A stretch of 64,000 nucleotides of DNA from Micrococcales bacterium (lineage in GTDB: Bacteria > Actinomycetota > Actinomycetes > Actinomycetales > Cellulomonadaceae), in the NCBI GenBank assembly GCA_009777345.1, contig WRMB01000006.1, positions 25,286 to 89,285 on the forward strand, given 5' to 3'. Position 1 is the first letter of the stretch. Every line of letters starts with the position of its first letter. The notes under the pieces were generated by a model that was not told the DNA's origin, did no database searches, and saw nothing but the letters and a program-made list of their open reading frames with translations. The translations under genes and the position numbers were made by a program. This document shows positions 47,721 through 58,160 of the stretch, in pieces.

Positions 47721-48503
47721 ATGAACAGCGTGGCGAACATGCAGCCCTCCTCGCCCGACGGGCTCGTGGTGGCGATCGACGGGCCGTCGGGGTCCGGCAA
47801 GTCCTCGGTGGCCAGGGGGGTGGCGCAGGCCTTCGGTCTGGCGTACCTGGACACCGGGGCGATGTACCGGGCGGCGACCTGGTGGTGCCGGGAGCAGGGC
47901 GTGAACCTCGACGACGGTCCCCGCGTGGCCGCCGTGGTGGCCGCCATGCCTCTGGTGGTGGGCCTGGACCCGTCCGCGCCGAGCGTGCACGTCTCCGGGG
48001 TGGACGTCGGTGGGGCGATCCGCCGTTCGGAGGTTTCCGCCGCGGTCAGCCAGGTGGCGACCAACCTGGACGTGCGGGCCGGTCTGGTGGCCCGGCAGCA
48101 GGCCGTGGTGGCCGCCGAGCGTGTCGGCGGGTTCTCCGACGGCCGGGGCGTCGTGGTCGAGGGCCGGGACATCACCACGGTCGTGGTGCCTGATGCCCAG
48201 GTGCGGGTGCTGCTCACCGCGTCGCCCGCGGCCCGCCTGGCGCGGCGCGCCACCGAGGTGCACGGCAACGCCTCGGCCCAGGCGGTCGCCGCCACCCGGG
48301 ACCAGGTGCTGCGCCGCGACGCGGACGACTCCACGGTGGTCGAGTTCCACCAGGCCGCCCCGGGCGTGGCCACGGTGGACTCCACGGACCTGGACCTGGA
48401 CCAGACGGTGGCCGCGGTCCTGGGCCTGGTGGTCGAGGCCACAGGACTGGACGTGCCGACCGAGGCCGGTGGGCCGGACGTCCCTCCGGCCGGGCAGCCG
48501 TGA
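47721..48503 (+). CDS. cmk: Cytidylate kinase
   Basis: IDGPSGSGKSS, LDTGAMYRA, VEGRDI, RRDADDS. Confidence 0.96.
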   Translation: MNSVANMQPSSPDGLVVAIDGPSGSGKSSVARGVAQAFGLAYLDTGAMYRAATWWCREQGVNLDDGPRVAAVVAAMPLVVGLDPSAPSVHVSGVDVGGAIRRSEVSAAVSQVATNLDVRAGLVARQQAVVAAERVGGFSDGRGVVVEGRDITTVVVPDAQVRVLLTASPAARLARRATEVHGNASAQAVAATRDQVLRRDADDSTVVEFHQAAPGVATVDSTDLDLDQTVAAVLGLVVEATGLDVPTEAGGPDVPPAGQP

Positions 48504-49186
48504 GCGCGCCGCAGGCCCCGAGCCGCTGGGGGCCGGTGTGGGCGCGCTGGGTGGGCTGGTTCATGCTCCGGGTGGTGTGGCGGGCCCGTCCGGTCGGCAA
48601 GGACCGCGTGCCGCGGACCGGCCCGGTGGTGCTCGCCGCGAACCACGTGCACTGGCTGGACGGCCCGATGCTCATCGGGCTGGCCCCGCGTCCGTTGCAC
48701 ATCCTGGTCAAGCAGGAGATGTTCCACGGTTTCCTCGGTCTGGTGATGCGCGCCGCGGCGCAGATCAAGACGGACCGCTCCAACGGTCGCCAGGCCCTGG
48801 CGCAGGGCCTGGCGGTGCTGCGGCGCGGGGGAGCGGTCGGTATCTTCCCCGAGGGCGAGCGCGGCTCCGGCAAGGTCGAGTCCGCCCGGGCAGGCGCCGC
48901 GTGGCTGGCGGTCCACGGCGGTGCGCGCGTCGTCCCCGTGGCGATCCTCGGCACCCGTCGCCCTGGTCAGGGCAAGGACCAGATGCCCCCGCCGGGCCGC
49001 CGTTTCGTCATCGAGTTCGGCGAGCCGATCGACGTGACCCGCGACGACGTCCCCCGCCGCGAGGCCGTCGCCGAGGCGGCCGAGACCATCCGCGCCGCGA
49101 TGGCCGCCCTGGTCGCCGAGGCGTCCGGACGCACCGGTCTGGGTACCGGCGCCGACTCGGCGCCCGGCCCGACGACCTTGGACTGA
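48500..49186 (+). CDS. Lysophospholipid acyltransferase (PlsC family)
   Basis: NHVHWLD (HxxxxD), IFPEGER, VVPV. Confidence 0.9.
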   Translation: MSAPQAPSRWGPVWARWVGWFMLRVVWRARPVGKDRVPRTGPVVLAANHVHWLDGPMLIGLAPRPLHILVKQEMFHGFLGLVMRAAAQIKTDRSNGRQALAQGLAVLRRGGAVGIFPEGERGSGKVESARAGAAWLAVHGGARVVPVAILGTRRPGQGKDQMPPPGRRFVIEFGEPIDVTRDDVPRREAVAEAAETIRAAMAALVAEASGRTGLGTGADSAPGPTTLD

Positions 49187-49234
49187 ACTTGACTAGACCA
49201 GATTAGGACGCCTAGAATCTAGTCTGACCAGATT
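49186..49234 (+). promoter_or_regulatory. Sigma70-type promoter and operator repeats of the phd-vapC operon
   Basis: TTGACT(49189)-N18-TAGAAT(49213). Near-palindrome AATCTAGTC-T-GACCAGATT (49216-49234). Half-site GACCAGATT is repeated at 49196. Confidence 0.7.
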
Positions 49235-49251
49235 GAGCAAGGAGGTGTCGG

Positions 49252-49512
49252 ATGCATGCCGACGCTGTGAGCGTCTACGAGGCGAAGACCAACCTGTCCA
49301 GGCTCATCGCTCAGGCCAAGGCCGGATTCCCCTTCGTCATCACCAGCCACGGCAAGCCGCAGGTGATCGTCCAGGCGGTTGACGCAGGCCAGGCGGAGCG
49401 CAAGCCGCAGCGGACAGGGTTTCTCAAGGACGAGCTCAAGGATTTCCGGCTGCCCGACGATTTTGATACGATGATGCAGGACGAGATCATCTCCCTGTTC
49501 GAAGGGGACTGA
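49252..49512 (+). CDS. Phd/YefM family antitoxin
   Basis: VSVYEAKTNLSRLIAQAKAG..FVITSHGKPQ, C-terminal PDDFD; RBS AAGGAGG. Confidence 0.9.
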   Translation: MHADAVSVYEAKTNLSRLIAQAKAGFPFVITSHGKPQVIVQAVDAGQAERKPQRTGFLKDELKDFRLPDDFDTMMQDEIISLFEGD

Positions 49513-49522
49513 GGGGGCGCAC

Positions 49523-49909
49523 GTGGATCTTCTGCTCGACTCAAACATCATCATCCTTGCCGCCGGGGGTAGCCTGTCAGAGGACGTCACGGCGCTGGTC
49601 GAGTCCGAGCACAATCGACTCTTCTTCAGCACCGCGGCCTACTGGGAGATCTCCATAAAGTACGCCAGCGGACGGCTTGCACTCCCGATCGAGCCGTGGC
49701 TGCTCGTCGACGCCCTTGTGAAGAACGGATACCGTGAGGTCCCGATAGGACGCAAGCACGTCTACACGCTCAGCAGCATCGCCGATGTTCACAAGGATCC
49801 GTTCGACAGGATCATGGTGGCTCAGGCCATCGCTGAAGACATGCTGCTCCTCACCACTGACGCTCTCCTGCACGGCTACGGCCAGAACGTGAGAGTCGTC
49901 AGAAAATGA
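49523..49909 (+). CDS. vapC: VapC/PIN-domain toxin
   Basis: LLLDSNII, YWEISIK, HKDPFDRIMVAQA...LLTTD. Confidence 0.92.
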   Translation: MDLLLDSNIIILAAGGSLSEDVTALVESEHNRLFFSTAAYWEISIKYASGRLALPIEPWLLVDALVKNGYREVPIGRKHVYTLSSIADVHKDPFDRIMVAQAIAEDMLLLTTDALLHGYGQNVRVVRK

Positions 49910-50014
49910 GACCAATTCCTGGGGTGACGGTGACGAGAAAGTGATCGTGATCGGATGCCGCGGCGGCACACTGCGGTCGTCCCGCCCGGATCATCATGCC
50001 TAGTGATCGCCTGG

Positions 50015-50821
50015 TCAACTCCAGTCGAAGGTGAGTGCGGCGGTACGAGTCTCGGGTTCGAAGAACAGCAGGATCTGGTCGGCGCCTTGGTTCCGCCAGG
50101 GGTATCCGGCGGTGCCTCCGATGTAGGTGAACGGTCGGCCGTCGGCCAGCCGGAGCACCGGAGCTGCCGGATCGCTCGAGTCCAGCGCGAATGCTTTGGG
50201 CGGAGGGAACTCATGCCAGTTGCCGTAGCCGGGCTCACCGCCTATCTCGTCGACGAGGGCGATATCGGTGCCCCAGCTTTCGCGCTGCCGGGTGGGATCC
50301 TGCGCGTCGCCCCAGACCAGGGCACCGAGCCGCTCCCAGCGTGCCTTGGTGCCTGTGAACTCGGCGTCGGCTGCGGCGTATGTCTCGTACAGCGCACTCG
50401 GGTCTTCTTGCTCACCCGACGCTTCCATGTCCTCGATCTCGAAGAACCGCCGCTGCCCGAGGAACCGGTAGCGGCCGTCGTTCTCGACGTGGAACGAGAT
50501 CCAGTTCTCGCAGGCGAAGTCGTCGTGGTGCGCGGAAGTGTCCTCGCCCAGCAGGCCCTCCTCGGGCTCTACAGGGCTCAGCAGGTGCACACGGCCGCTC
50601 CACGCCGGGTCGAACGCGGTCAGTTCGACAGAGACGAGCGGATGAAGCAGTCGGACGAGCCACGGCTGGTCGTCGACGAACACCTCGGCGGGATCAGGCA
50701 GCACGACGACCCGCGGGTCCGGGGCGATGATGCGCTCGCCGTCGTCAGGGTCACGCACCGGTTCCGCGAGCAGGTGCTGAGGGAGAGGATAGGGGCGGGC
50801 ATCCGCAGCGAATTCATCCAC
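50015..50821 (-). CDS. Conserved hypothetical acidic protein
   Basis: Coding part of ORF 50015..51073 from GTG 50821: LHPLVSVEL...WSGRVHLLSPVEP.EG...ENWISF...RYRFLG...GEPGYGNW...TFDWS. No function recognised. Confidence 0.65.
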   Translation of the reverse strand: MDEFAADARPYPLPQHLLAEPVRDPDDGERIIAPDPRVVVLPDPAEVFVDDQPWLVRLLHPLVSVELTAFDPAWSGRVHLLSPVEPEEGLLGEDTSAHHDDFACENWISFHVENDGRYRFLGQRRFFEIEDMEASGEQEDPSALYETYAAADAEFTGTKARWERLGALVWGDAQDPTRQRESWGTDIALVDEIGGEPGYGNWHEFPPPKAFALDSSDPAAPVLRLADGRPFTYIGGTAGYPWRNQGADQILLFFEPETRTAALTFDWS

Positions 50822-51137
50822 CGCGCCGATCCTACCTTGTGAGGACGCGAGACTACCGCGGCTCGACGATGTCGCATACGGCCTCCGGGAACAGCTTGCC
50901 GACGGTCGTGGCCGACGCGACCGCAGCACGACCCGAGACCTCGCCGAGGGCGTCCTGGGACAACCCGGTCTGAACCTTGCTGGCTTGGCCCTCCTGAAGA
51001 GACGCCGGAGCATCGAGGGGCGGCACGCCGGGCCGCAGCAGGGGCCACCGTGGGACACGTTGTGGTCCCACACCGAAGCATTATGTGAGTCTCGTCGGAC
51101 CCTCGCACCACAGCCGCACCGAGGTTATACTGAGTTC

Positions 51138-52190
51138 ATGGTATTAAGACCGATGAAGCGCGTTCCCACTCTCGACGGACTCGACCTCTACCGGCGGATC
51201 GACTCGCCCCGCACGGACCAGGCCGTGAACGACCCGGAACGGGTGGATGCGGTTGTCAAGGAGTTGCGGCAAGGCGTAACTGAGGCACTGGCAACGCCGA
51301 CGACGGTACAGGGCTGGCGCGCACAAGCATTGTTCGCGTCGATGGTGGTGGCACTGGACGGCTGCACGATGATGACGCAGGTAGATTTGGGAGAAATATT
51401 TGCAGACGGCGACCCGGTAAAGGCACCAGACTTCTTTTTGCACTTGCGCGACGGTAGGCGAATTCTTGTAGATGTTAAGAGTCTGCCGAAGTCCATAAAG
51501 GATCCCGTCAAGTTCACAAAGAGTGAGGTGGCCCGACTCCGGCGGTTTGGAGAGTTGTACGGAGCGGAAGTCCACCTAGCCCTGTACTTCTCCAGCATGT
51601 CGATGTGGCTTCTAATATCGATCGACGACCTGTCTCCTGGACCAGGAGGTGGCCTCCGGATCACTATGGAGAAAGCGTTGATGCGCAACGACATGGCCGC
51701 TATCAGTGACTGGACCATCGGCGTAGAGCCGCCGTTGGAGTTGGTACTCCATCCAGACCCTTCATCAGAAAACCGAATCACCGAAGATGGTCGCGCGGAA
51801 TTTAGGGTGGGGAGTGTAGAGGTCCGCGCTGGTGGTCGCAGGGTATACACCAAGGAGGACCAGCAGATTGTATGGTTCCTGATGATGTATGGTAAATGGA
51901 GCCAATCGGAGCATCTGCGCATAGAGGGGTCAAAACTGGTAAGCCTGACGTGGCGCGCCGAGCCGGAGGAGCGCGAAAATCTAGATCAGCGCTTTGAACT
52001 AGTCGGGTCTCTAGCATCAATGTACACGCAGTTTTTCGAGATCGGCACGAGGGGTGATGCGGGGATAATCGGACTGGACCTTCCCACGGAACCCGGGGCG
52101 ATGATCTCACTGATTCCCCATGACTATCATTCCGACGACCTACCGTTGTGGCGTTTTAGAATCGCACCTAGGACAGACCTTCCGAAATGA
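51138..52190 (+). CDS. Stand-alone PD-(D/E)xK nuclease-fold protein
   Basis: APDFFLHLRDGRRILVDVK (PD...DxK) in the N-terminal half; lower GC; TATACT at 51126-51131, 6 nt before the ATG (leaderless-type). Confidence 0.7.
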   Translation: MVLRPMKRVPTLDGLDLYRRIDSPRTDQAVNDPERVDAVVKELRQGVTEALATPTTVQGWRAQALFASMVVALDGCTMMTQVDLGEIFADGDPVKAPDFFLHLRDGRRILVDVKSLPKSIKDPVKFTKSEVARLRRFGELYGAEVHLALYFSSMSMWLLISIDDLSPGPGGGLRITMEKALMRNDMAAISDWTIGVEPPLELVLHPDPSSENRITEDGRAEFRVGSVEVRAGGRRVYTKEDQQIVWFLMMYGKWSQSEHLRIEGSKLVSLTWRAEPEERENLDQRFELVGSLASMYTQFFEIGTRGDAGIIGLDLPTEPGAMISLIPHDYHSDDLPLWRFRIAPRTDLPK

Positions 52191-52238
52191 GCACATAACC
52201 GGGACTGGATGCTACTACGCCCAGGGCCCTCGTCATGC

Positions 52239-52440
52239 CTACCGTCCCACCCTTACATCCGGCGGCTCCGGCGGCAGCAACGCCTCGACCGTCGTGCCGA
52301 GCACCTGCGCCAGGGGCGACGAGGTTCAGCAGCGTGGGGTTGGCGACGCGGCCGACGCGAGACTCGCCCTTCTCCAACTGGTGGTAGTAGCCCCGGGTCA
52401 GGCCAGCGGCATGGGCAACCTTCTCTTGGCTGAGGTCGGC
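52239..52440 (-). pseudogene. XRE-family HTH regulator remnant (5'-truncated, +1 frameshift)
   Basis: My translation ADLSQEKVAHAAGLTRGYYHQLEKGESRVGRVANPTLLNLVA / LAQVLGTTVEALLP. An extra C in GCCCCTG shifts the frame. Confidence 0.7.
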
Positions 52441-52916
52441 CTCACACCCAGTACCGAGCCGACCACACCGGACGCCAACTGATGAACCAAGCCGTTTTCG
52501 AAGCCATCTGGATCGGCGACGACAACATCGACGCTGCTCGAGTCCGACCAGGACTGGCCGAGTTGATCAGCACCGACCTGGACCAGCAGTTGGCCCACGA
52601 CGAAGCCGAGGCAGCCCAGTCCCGAGCCAGCGGACGAAGGTCGGGCGCGCTGACATGAGCACCGAACGAGCCAGAGGTCGCGCCGAGCGAGGCACGCGTT
52701 GCGTCCCATCGCACCTCGTCGCTGCCAGCGTCGGAACCGACACGTTGGCCGCCGAACTGGGCTTCCAGCCCGAGCAGACCGACCAACCGACCGCCGAGCA
52801 CGCGACCAACCTCTACGTCGCTCATCTCCTGCGTCACCGCAGGTCAGAGCGCATCCCGGGACACGAACAGAACCTCCGGCGCAGTCGGCGTGCCGGAGGT
52901 TCTAACAAGACAGTTC
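52440..52916 (+). pseudogene. C-terminal remnant of a large serine recombinase
   Basis: PHTQYRADHTGRQLMNQAVFEAIWIGDDNI (typical recombinase tail). After a frame change it continues ...GGSNKTVLVGLAGFEPAT, reading into the tRNA as tRNA-targeting recombinases commonly do. Confidence 0.65.
52870..52902 (-). terminator. Hairpin downstream of tRNA-Pro
   Basis: GAACCTCCGGC / GCCGGAGGTTC 11-bp stem with an 11-nt loop. Confidence 0.55.
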
Positions 52917-52993
<77 letters not shown>

Positions 52994-53080
52994 TGGTGCA
53001 CCGGTGGCCCGGCACGGCCAGCAACTCTACCGTGTCCTGGACCGTGGTGGCGACGTCTTATCCGGTCCGCGTGGCGGAGG

Positions 53081-53512
53081 TCACCCGGTGACGACCGGCT
53101 TGCCTGCCTGGGTCCAGGCGAGGATGCCGCCGGAGAGGTCGACGACGCGGATGAACCCGGCGTCGAGCATCATCTGCCTGGCGGTGGCGGAGCGCACACC
53201 AGAGCGGCAGTACAGGGCGTAGGTGGTGTTCTTGTCCAGGCCAGCGATGCCAGCGGCGAAGTCGCTCTGGACGTCGAGGCTCGTCGCGCCTGCCAGGTGA
53301 CCGGTGGCGAACTCGTCGGGGGTGCGCACGTCGATGATCTGCACCCCGTCCTGGGCGACCAGGGACTCGAAGCCGGCCACGCCGAGGCTGGTGGCGGTCT
53401 CGGAGACCGGACTGGTGTCGGTGCTGGTGCCGTCGTCCGAGCAGCCGACCAGCAGACCCGCACTCAGCAGCCCGACCATCATCACCGAGCCGAGCCGTCG
53501 TAGAGATCCCAT
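53081..53512 (-). CDS. Rhodanese-domain lipoprotein
   Basis: Lipobox LVGC; IIDVRTPDEFATGHLAGA; YCRSGVRS active-site loop. Confidence 0.88.
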   Translation of the reverse strand: MGSLRRLGSVMMVGLLSAGLLVGCSDDGTSTDTSPVSETATSLGVAGFESLVAQDGVQIIDVRTPDEFATGHLAGATSLDVQSDFAAGIAGLDKNTTYALYCRSGVRSATARQMMLDAGFIRVVDLSGGILAWTQAGKPVVTG

Positions 53513-53566
53513 GGGCCCAAGCCTACGGACCCGCGCCGACCAGACGTCACCAACCCGGGGGCTGGC

Positions 53567-55033
53567 TCAGCGACGCCGTCGCTCCCGGACGCGGACGCCC
53601 AGGCGGATCGGGGTGCCCTCGAAGCCGAAGGTCTCGCGCAGGCGGCGTTCGACGAAGCGGCGGTAGCCGGGGTCCAGGAACCCGGTGGTGAACAGCACGA
53701 TACGCGGCGGTCGGGTCGACGCCTGGGTGGCGAACAGGACGCGCGGCTGCTTGCCGCCCCGCACCGGGTGCGGATGGGCGGCGACCAGCTGGCCCAGGAA
53801 GGCGTTGAGGCGGCCGGTGGAGATCCGGGTGTCCCACGACGCCAGCGAGCGTTCCAGGGCGGGGACCAATCGGTCGGCGTGCCAGCCGGTACGCGCGGAG
53901 ACGTTCACCCGGGGCGCCCAGCGCACCTGGCCCAGGTCTTGCTCGATCTCGCGTTCCAGGAGGGTCCGACGGTCGGCGTCGGTGAGGTCCCACTTGTTGT
54001 ACGCCAGTACCAGGGCCCGGCCCGCGTCGACGACCTGGGTGATCACCCGGACGTCCTGCACGGTCAGCGGCTCGGCGGCGTCCAGCAGCACCACCGCGAC
54101 CTCGGCCTTCTCGATGGCGGCCGTGGTGCGCAGCGAAGCGTAGTAGTCGGCGCCGGACGTCATGTGCACCCGACGACGGATACCGGCGGTGTCCACCATG
54201 ACCCACGGCTGCCCGCCGAGCACCACCAGCTCGTCGACCGGGTCTCGGGTGGTCCCCGGGACGTCGTGGACCACGACCCGTTCCGACCCGGCCAGTCGGT
54301 TGAGCAGCGACGACTTGCCGACGTTCGGCCGTCCCACCAGGGCCACCCGGCGCGGGCCGTCCGGCCGCAGCGCGTCGCGCGCCGAGACCTCCGGCAGCAC
54401 CGCCAGCGCCGCGTCCAGCAGGTCGCCGATGCCCCGGCCGTGCACCGCGGAGACCGCGTAGGGCTCTCCCAGGCCCAGGCCCCACAAGGCGAGCGCGTCG
54501 GACTCCTGCGACGGACCGTCCACCTTGTTCGCGGCCAGCACCACCGGGCGGCCGGAGCGGCGCAGCATGCGCACCACCTGCTCGTCGGTGTCGGTGGTGC
54601 CGACGGTGGCGTCCACCACGAGCACCACGGCGTCAGCCAGCTCCACGGCGATCTCCGCCTGCTCGGCGACGCGTGCGTCGATCCCCGCGACGTCCACCTC
54701 CCAGCCACCGGTGTCCACGACGGTGAACTGCCGCCCCGCCCACTCCGCCGGGTAGCTCACCCGGTCCCGGGTGACACCGGGGGTGTCCTGCACGACCGCC
54801 TCCCGACGGCCCAGGATCCGGTTCACCAGGGTCGACTTGCCGACGTTCGGCCGTCCGACGACGGCCAGCACCGGGTGCGCCAGGGACGGCCCCGCCTCAG
54901 GGGCAGCCTCGTCGACGTCCAGCAGGGACAGGTCGTCGTCAGCCAGGTCGTAGTCGGCCAGGCCCGCACGCAGCGCGGAGGCCCACGCCTCGTCGTCGTC
55001 GGGCGGGACGGTCGGCATCTCGGTCACGCGCAC
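53567..55033 (-). CDS. der: Ribosome biogenesis GTPase Der (EngA)
   Basis: Two G-domains ([20 protein letters not shown]), DTGG/DTAG, NKVD/NKWD, KH-like C-terminus. Confidence 0.97.
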   Translation of the reverse strand: MRVTEMPTVPPDDDEAWASALRAGLADYDLADDDLSLLDVDEAAPEAGPSLAHPVLAVVGRPNVGKSTLVNRILGRREAVVQDTPGVTRDRVSYPAEWAGRQFTVVDTGGWEVDVAGIDARVAEQAEIAVELADAVVLVVDATVGTTDTDEQVVRMLRRSGRPVVLAANKVDGPSQESDALALWGLGLGEPYAVSAVHGRGIGDLLDAALAVLPEVSARDALRPDGPRRVALVGRPNVGKSSLLNRLAGSERVVVHDVPGTTRDPVDELVVLGGQPWVMVDTAGIRRRVHMTSGADYYASLRTTAAIEKAEVAVVLLDAAEPLTVQDVRVITQVVDAGRALVLAYNKWDLTDADRRTLLEREIEQDLGQVRWAPRVNVSARTGWHADRLVPALERSLASWDTRISTGRLNAFLGQLVAAHPHPVRGGKQPRVLFATQASTRPPRIVLFTTGFLDPGYRRFVERRLRETFGFEGTPIRLGVRVRERRRR

Positions 55034-55153
55034 ATTCTGCCGTGCCGACGCCCGTACCCGTGCACGCAGACGACCCCGCCCCCACAGGAGAGCCGGGCCC
55101 GGCGCCGTGACGTGCCGGGTCCGGCAGGGCTAGGATGCGACACCGACAGACGT

Positions 55154-55187
55154 TCCTTTAAGACCCGTCCAGAGAGGCGGGGAAGGG
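55154..55187 (+). promoter_or_regulatory. PyrR-binding RNA element
   Basis: TCCTTTAAGACCCGTC-CAGAGA-GGCGGGGAAGG: CUUUAA segment plus CNGNGA hexaloop stem, abutting the pyrR RBS. A -10-like TAGGAT lies at 55131. Confidence 0.85.
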
Positions 55188-55197
55188 AGTCGGGCGC

Positions 55198-55821
55198 ATG
55201 GTCGCACCCAGCGATCCCCAGGGCCGCGGTCCGGTACCGGACGATCAACCAAGGCAGAACCCCGTCGACGACGCACGGACGATCCTTACCGCCGACGACA
55301 TGGCCCGGGCCCTGGTCCGGATCGGCCACGAGATCCTCGAACGCAACAAGGGCGCCGACGACGTCGTGCTGCTCGGCGTCCTGACCCGTGGCGGGCCGCT
55401 GGCCCGGCGCCTGGCCCGGGTGGTCGCGGACGTCGAGGACCAGGTGGACGCCGACGCGGTGGTCGGTGTCCTCGACGTCACCATGCACCGCGACGACCTG
55501 GCCGACCAGCCGACCCGGGCGCTGGGCACCACGTCGCTGCCGCGCGGCGGGATCGACAGCAAGGTCGTGGTGCTGGTCGACGACGTGCTGTACTCCGGGC
55601 GCACCATCCGGGCCGCGCTGGACGCCCTCAACGACCTGGGCCGTCCCCGGGCGGTCCAGCTGGCGGTGCTGGTGGACCGGGGGCACCGTCAGCTGCCGAT
55701 CCGGGCCGACTACGTCGGCAAGAACCTGCCCACCGCCGCGGACGAACGGGTCCGGGTGCTGCTGGCTGAGACCGACGGCCGGGACGCCGTGCTGCTCGAC
55801 AGCAACGGGAGGCAGCGATGA
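55198..55821 (+). CDS. pyrR: Pyrimidine operon regulator / UPRTase PyrR
   Basis: [56 protein letters not shown]. Confidence 0.97.
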   Translation: MVAPSDPQGRGPVPDDQPRQNPVDDARTILTADDMARALVRIGHEILERNKGADDVVLLGVLTRGGPLARRLARVVADVEDQVDADAVVGVLDVTMHRDDLADQPTRALGTTSLPRGGIDSKVVVLVDDVLYSGRTIRAALDALNDLGRPRAVQLAVLVDRGHRQLPIRADYVGKNLPTAADERVRVLLAETDGRDAVLLDSNGRQR

Positions 55822-56795
55822 AGCACCTGCTGTCCGCCGGTGACCTGTCCCGCGACGAGGCGGTGCTGATACTCGACACCGCCGCCGCGATGGCCGCCAC
55901 CCAGGAACGAGCCATCAAGAAGCTGCCGACGCTGCGCGGGCGGACCGTCGTCAACCTGTTCTTCGAGGACTCCACCCGCACCCGGATCTCGTTCGAGACG
56001 GCTGCCAAACGGCTGTCCGCCGATGTGATCAACTTCTCCGCCCGCGGGTCGAGCGTGTCCAAGGGCGAGTCGCTGAAAGACACCGCCCTGACGCTGCAGG
56101 CCATGGGCGCCGACGCCGTCGTCATCCGGCACTCGGCCTCCGGCGCGCCGCACGTGCTGGCCCGCTCCGGTTGGACCCGCGGCGCGGTGCTCAACGCCGG
56201 GGACGGCACCCACCAGCACCCCACCCAGGCGCTGCTCGACGCCTTCACGCTGCGACGGCACCTGGTGGGCCGGCGCCACGGGACGGACGCGGCCGGGCAG
56301 GATCTAGCCGGGCTCCACGTGGTGATCGTCGGCGACGTGCTGCACTCGCGGGTGGCCCGCTCCAACGTCGAGCTGCTGCACACCCTGGGGGCCCGGGTCA
56401 CCCTCGTCGCCCCGCCGACGCTGGTGCCGGTCGGGGTGGAACCGTGGACCTGCGAGGTGGCCTACGGCCTGGACGACGTGCTCGCCACCGGCCCGGACGC
56501 GGTGATGATGCTGCGCATCCAGCGCGAACGGATGGCCGACGGCGGGTTCTTCCCCAGCCCCCGGGAGTACACCCGCAGCTACGGCCTAGACGCCCGGCGC
56601 CTGGCCCGGCTGCCCGAGCACACCATCGTCCTGCACCCCGGCCCGATGAACCGGGGCCTGGAGATCTCCGCCGACGCCGCCGACAGCCCGCGCGCGGTCA
56701 TCGTCGAGCAGGTCGGCAACGGGGTCGCGGTGCGCATGGCCGCGCTGTACCTGCTGCTCGCCGGGGCCGACCGACCGACAGGAGAGACCGAATGA
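55818..56795 (+). CDS. pyrB: Aspartate carbamoyltransferase catalytic subunit
   Basis: [42 protein letters not shown]. Confidence 0.97.
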   Translation: MKHLLSAGDLSRDEAVLILDTAAAMAATQERAIKKLPTLRGRTVVNLFFEDSTRTRISFETAAKRLSADVINFSARGSSVSKGESLKDTALTLQAMGADAVVIRHSASGAPHVLARSGWTRGAVLNAGDGTHQHPTQALLDAFTLRRHLVGRRHGTDAAGQDLAGLHVVIVGDVLHSRVARSNVELLHTLGARVTLVAPPTLVPVGVEPWTCEVAYGLDDVLATGPDAVMMLRIQRERMADGGFFPSPREYTRSYGLDARRLARLPEHTIVLHPGPMNRGLEISADAADSPRAVIVEQVGNGVAVRMAALYLLLAGADRPTGETE

Positions 56796-58105
56796 CCGCC
56801 TACCTGCTCACCGGGGCCCGGCCGCTGGGCGAAGAGTCCACGGACGTGCTCGTCGTCGACGGCCAGATCGCCGCGCTGGGTGCGACCGCCGCCGACACTG
56901 CTGTCGATACTGCGGCCGAGCGCGTCGACGCCACCGGCCTGGTGCTGCTCCCCGGGCTGGTGGACCTGCACACCCACCTGCGCGAACCCGGGAGGGAGGA
57001 CGCCGAGACCGTGGCCTCGGGCAGCCGGGCGGCGGCGCTCGGTGGCTACACCTGCGTGCACGCCATGGCCAACACCTCGCCGGTGGCCGATACCGCGGGC
57101 GTCGTCGAGCAGGTCTGGCAGCTGGGCCGTGACGCCGGGTACGTCGACGTGCGCCCGGTCGGCGCGGTGACGGTCGGGCTGGCGGGGGAGCGGCTGGCCG
57201 AGCTGGGCGCGATGGCCCAGTCGCACGCCGCGGTCCGGGTGTTCTCCGACGACGGCCGGTGCGTGGCCGACCCGGTCGTCATGCGCCGGGCGCTGGAGTA
57301 CGCCAAGGCCTTCGACGCGGTGATCGCCCAGCACGCCCAGGAACCGCGCCTGACCGCCCACGCGCAGATGCACGAGGGTGTGGTCAGCGCCGAGCTGGGC
57401 CTGGCCGGGTGGCCCGCCGTGGCCGAGGAGGCCATCGTCGCCCGGGACGTGCTGCTGGCCGAGCACGTCGGGTCCCGGCTGCACGTCCTGCACCTGTCTA
57501 CCGCCGGGTCGGTGGAGATCGTGCGCTGGGCCAAGACCAGGGGCATCGACGTCACCGCCGAGGCCACGCCGCACCACCTGTACCTGACCGACGAGCTGGT
57601 CCGCGGCTACGACCCCAGATTCAAGGTCAACCCGCCGCTGCGCACCGCCGTCGATGTCGAGGCCGTGCGGGCCGGGCTGGCCGACGGGACCATTGACATC
57701 GTGGGGACCGATCACGCCCCGCACCCGCGCGAGGACAAGGACTGCGAGTGGGCCGCCGCCGCGTTCGGCATGACCGGGCTGGAGACGGCCCTGTCCGTGG
57801 TCCAGGCCGCGATGGTCGACACCGGCCGGATGACCTGGGCCGACGTGGCCCGGGTCATGTCGGTCGGGCCGGCCCGCATCGGCCGGGTGGCCGACCAGGG
57901 CCGACCGCTCGCGGTGGGGGAACCGGCCAACCTGACGCTGGTCGACCCGGCCGCCCGCCGCACGGTCCTGCCCGGCGAGCAGGCCACCGCCTCGGTGAAC
58001 ACCCCGTTCGCCGGGATGGAGCTGCCCGGGCGGGTCGTGGCGACGTTCCTGCACGGACGGCCCACGGTGCTCGACGGTCGGCTCGTCCGCCCGGGGGACC
58101 GTTGA
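56792..58105 (+). CDS. pyrC: Dihydroorotase
   Basis: [45 protein letters not shown]. Confidence 0.96.
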   Translation: MTAYLLTGARPLGEESTDVLVVDGQIAALGATAADTAVDTAAERVDATGLVLLPGLVDLHTHLREPGREDAETVASGSRAAALGGYTCVHAMANTSPVADTAGVVEQVWQLGRDAGYVDVRPVGAVTVGLAGERLAELGAMAQSHAAVRVFSDDGRCVADPVVMRRALEYAKAFDAVIAQHAQEPRLTAHAQMHEGVVSAELGLAGWPAVAEEAIVARDVLLAEHVGSRLHVLHLSTAGSVEIVRWAKTRGIDVTAEATPHHLYLTDELVRGYDPRFKVNPPLRTAVDVEAVRAGLADGTIDIVGTDHAPHPREDKDCEWAAAAFGMTGLETALSVVQAAMVDTGRMTWADVARVMSVGPARIGRVADQGRPLAVGEPANLTLVDPAARRTVLPGEQATASVNTPFAGMELPGRVVATFLHGRPTVLDGRLVRPGDR

Positions 58106-58160
58106 TGGGCTGGCTCGCGCCCGCCGGACGCGTTCCCGCCGGCAGCGCTGCTCTTAGCCC

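Larger units (their letters stand above)
49187..52916. mobile_element. Decayed integrative islet at the 3' end of tRNA-Pro(GGG)
   Basis: Serine-recombinase C-terminal remnant reads into the tRNA; XRE remnant, lower-GC nuclease gene and TA pair. Left boundary and att duplication not identified. Confidence 0.6.

Noticed and set aside
50853-51071. 72-aa minus-strand ORF between the unknown gene and the nuclease
   Set aside because: No recognisable motif or RBS; likely intergenic or a remnant.
51064-51091. TTATGT core suggesting a dif/Xer site, given xerD in the window
   Set aside because: Only part of a XerD arm matches; there is no XerC-like arm (..ATAA) at the 6-bp spacing.
49187-52200. Direct repeat of the tRNA-Pro 3' end marking the far att site
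   Set aside because: Not found by eye in 49-52 kb, so the islet's left boundary is left undefined.
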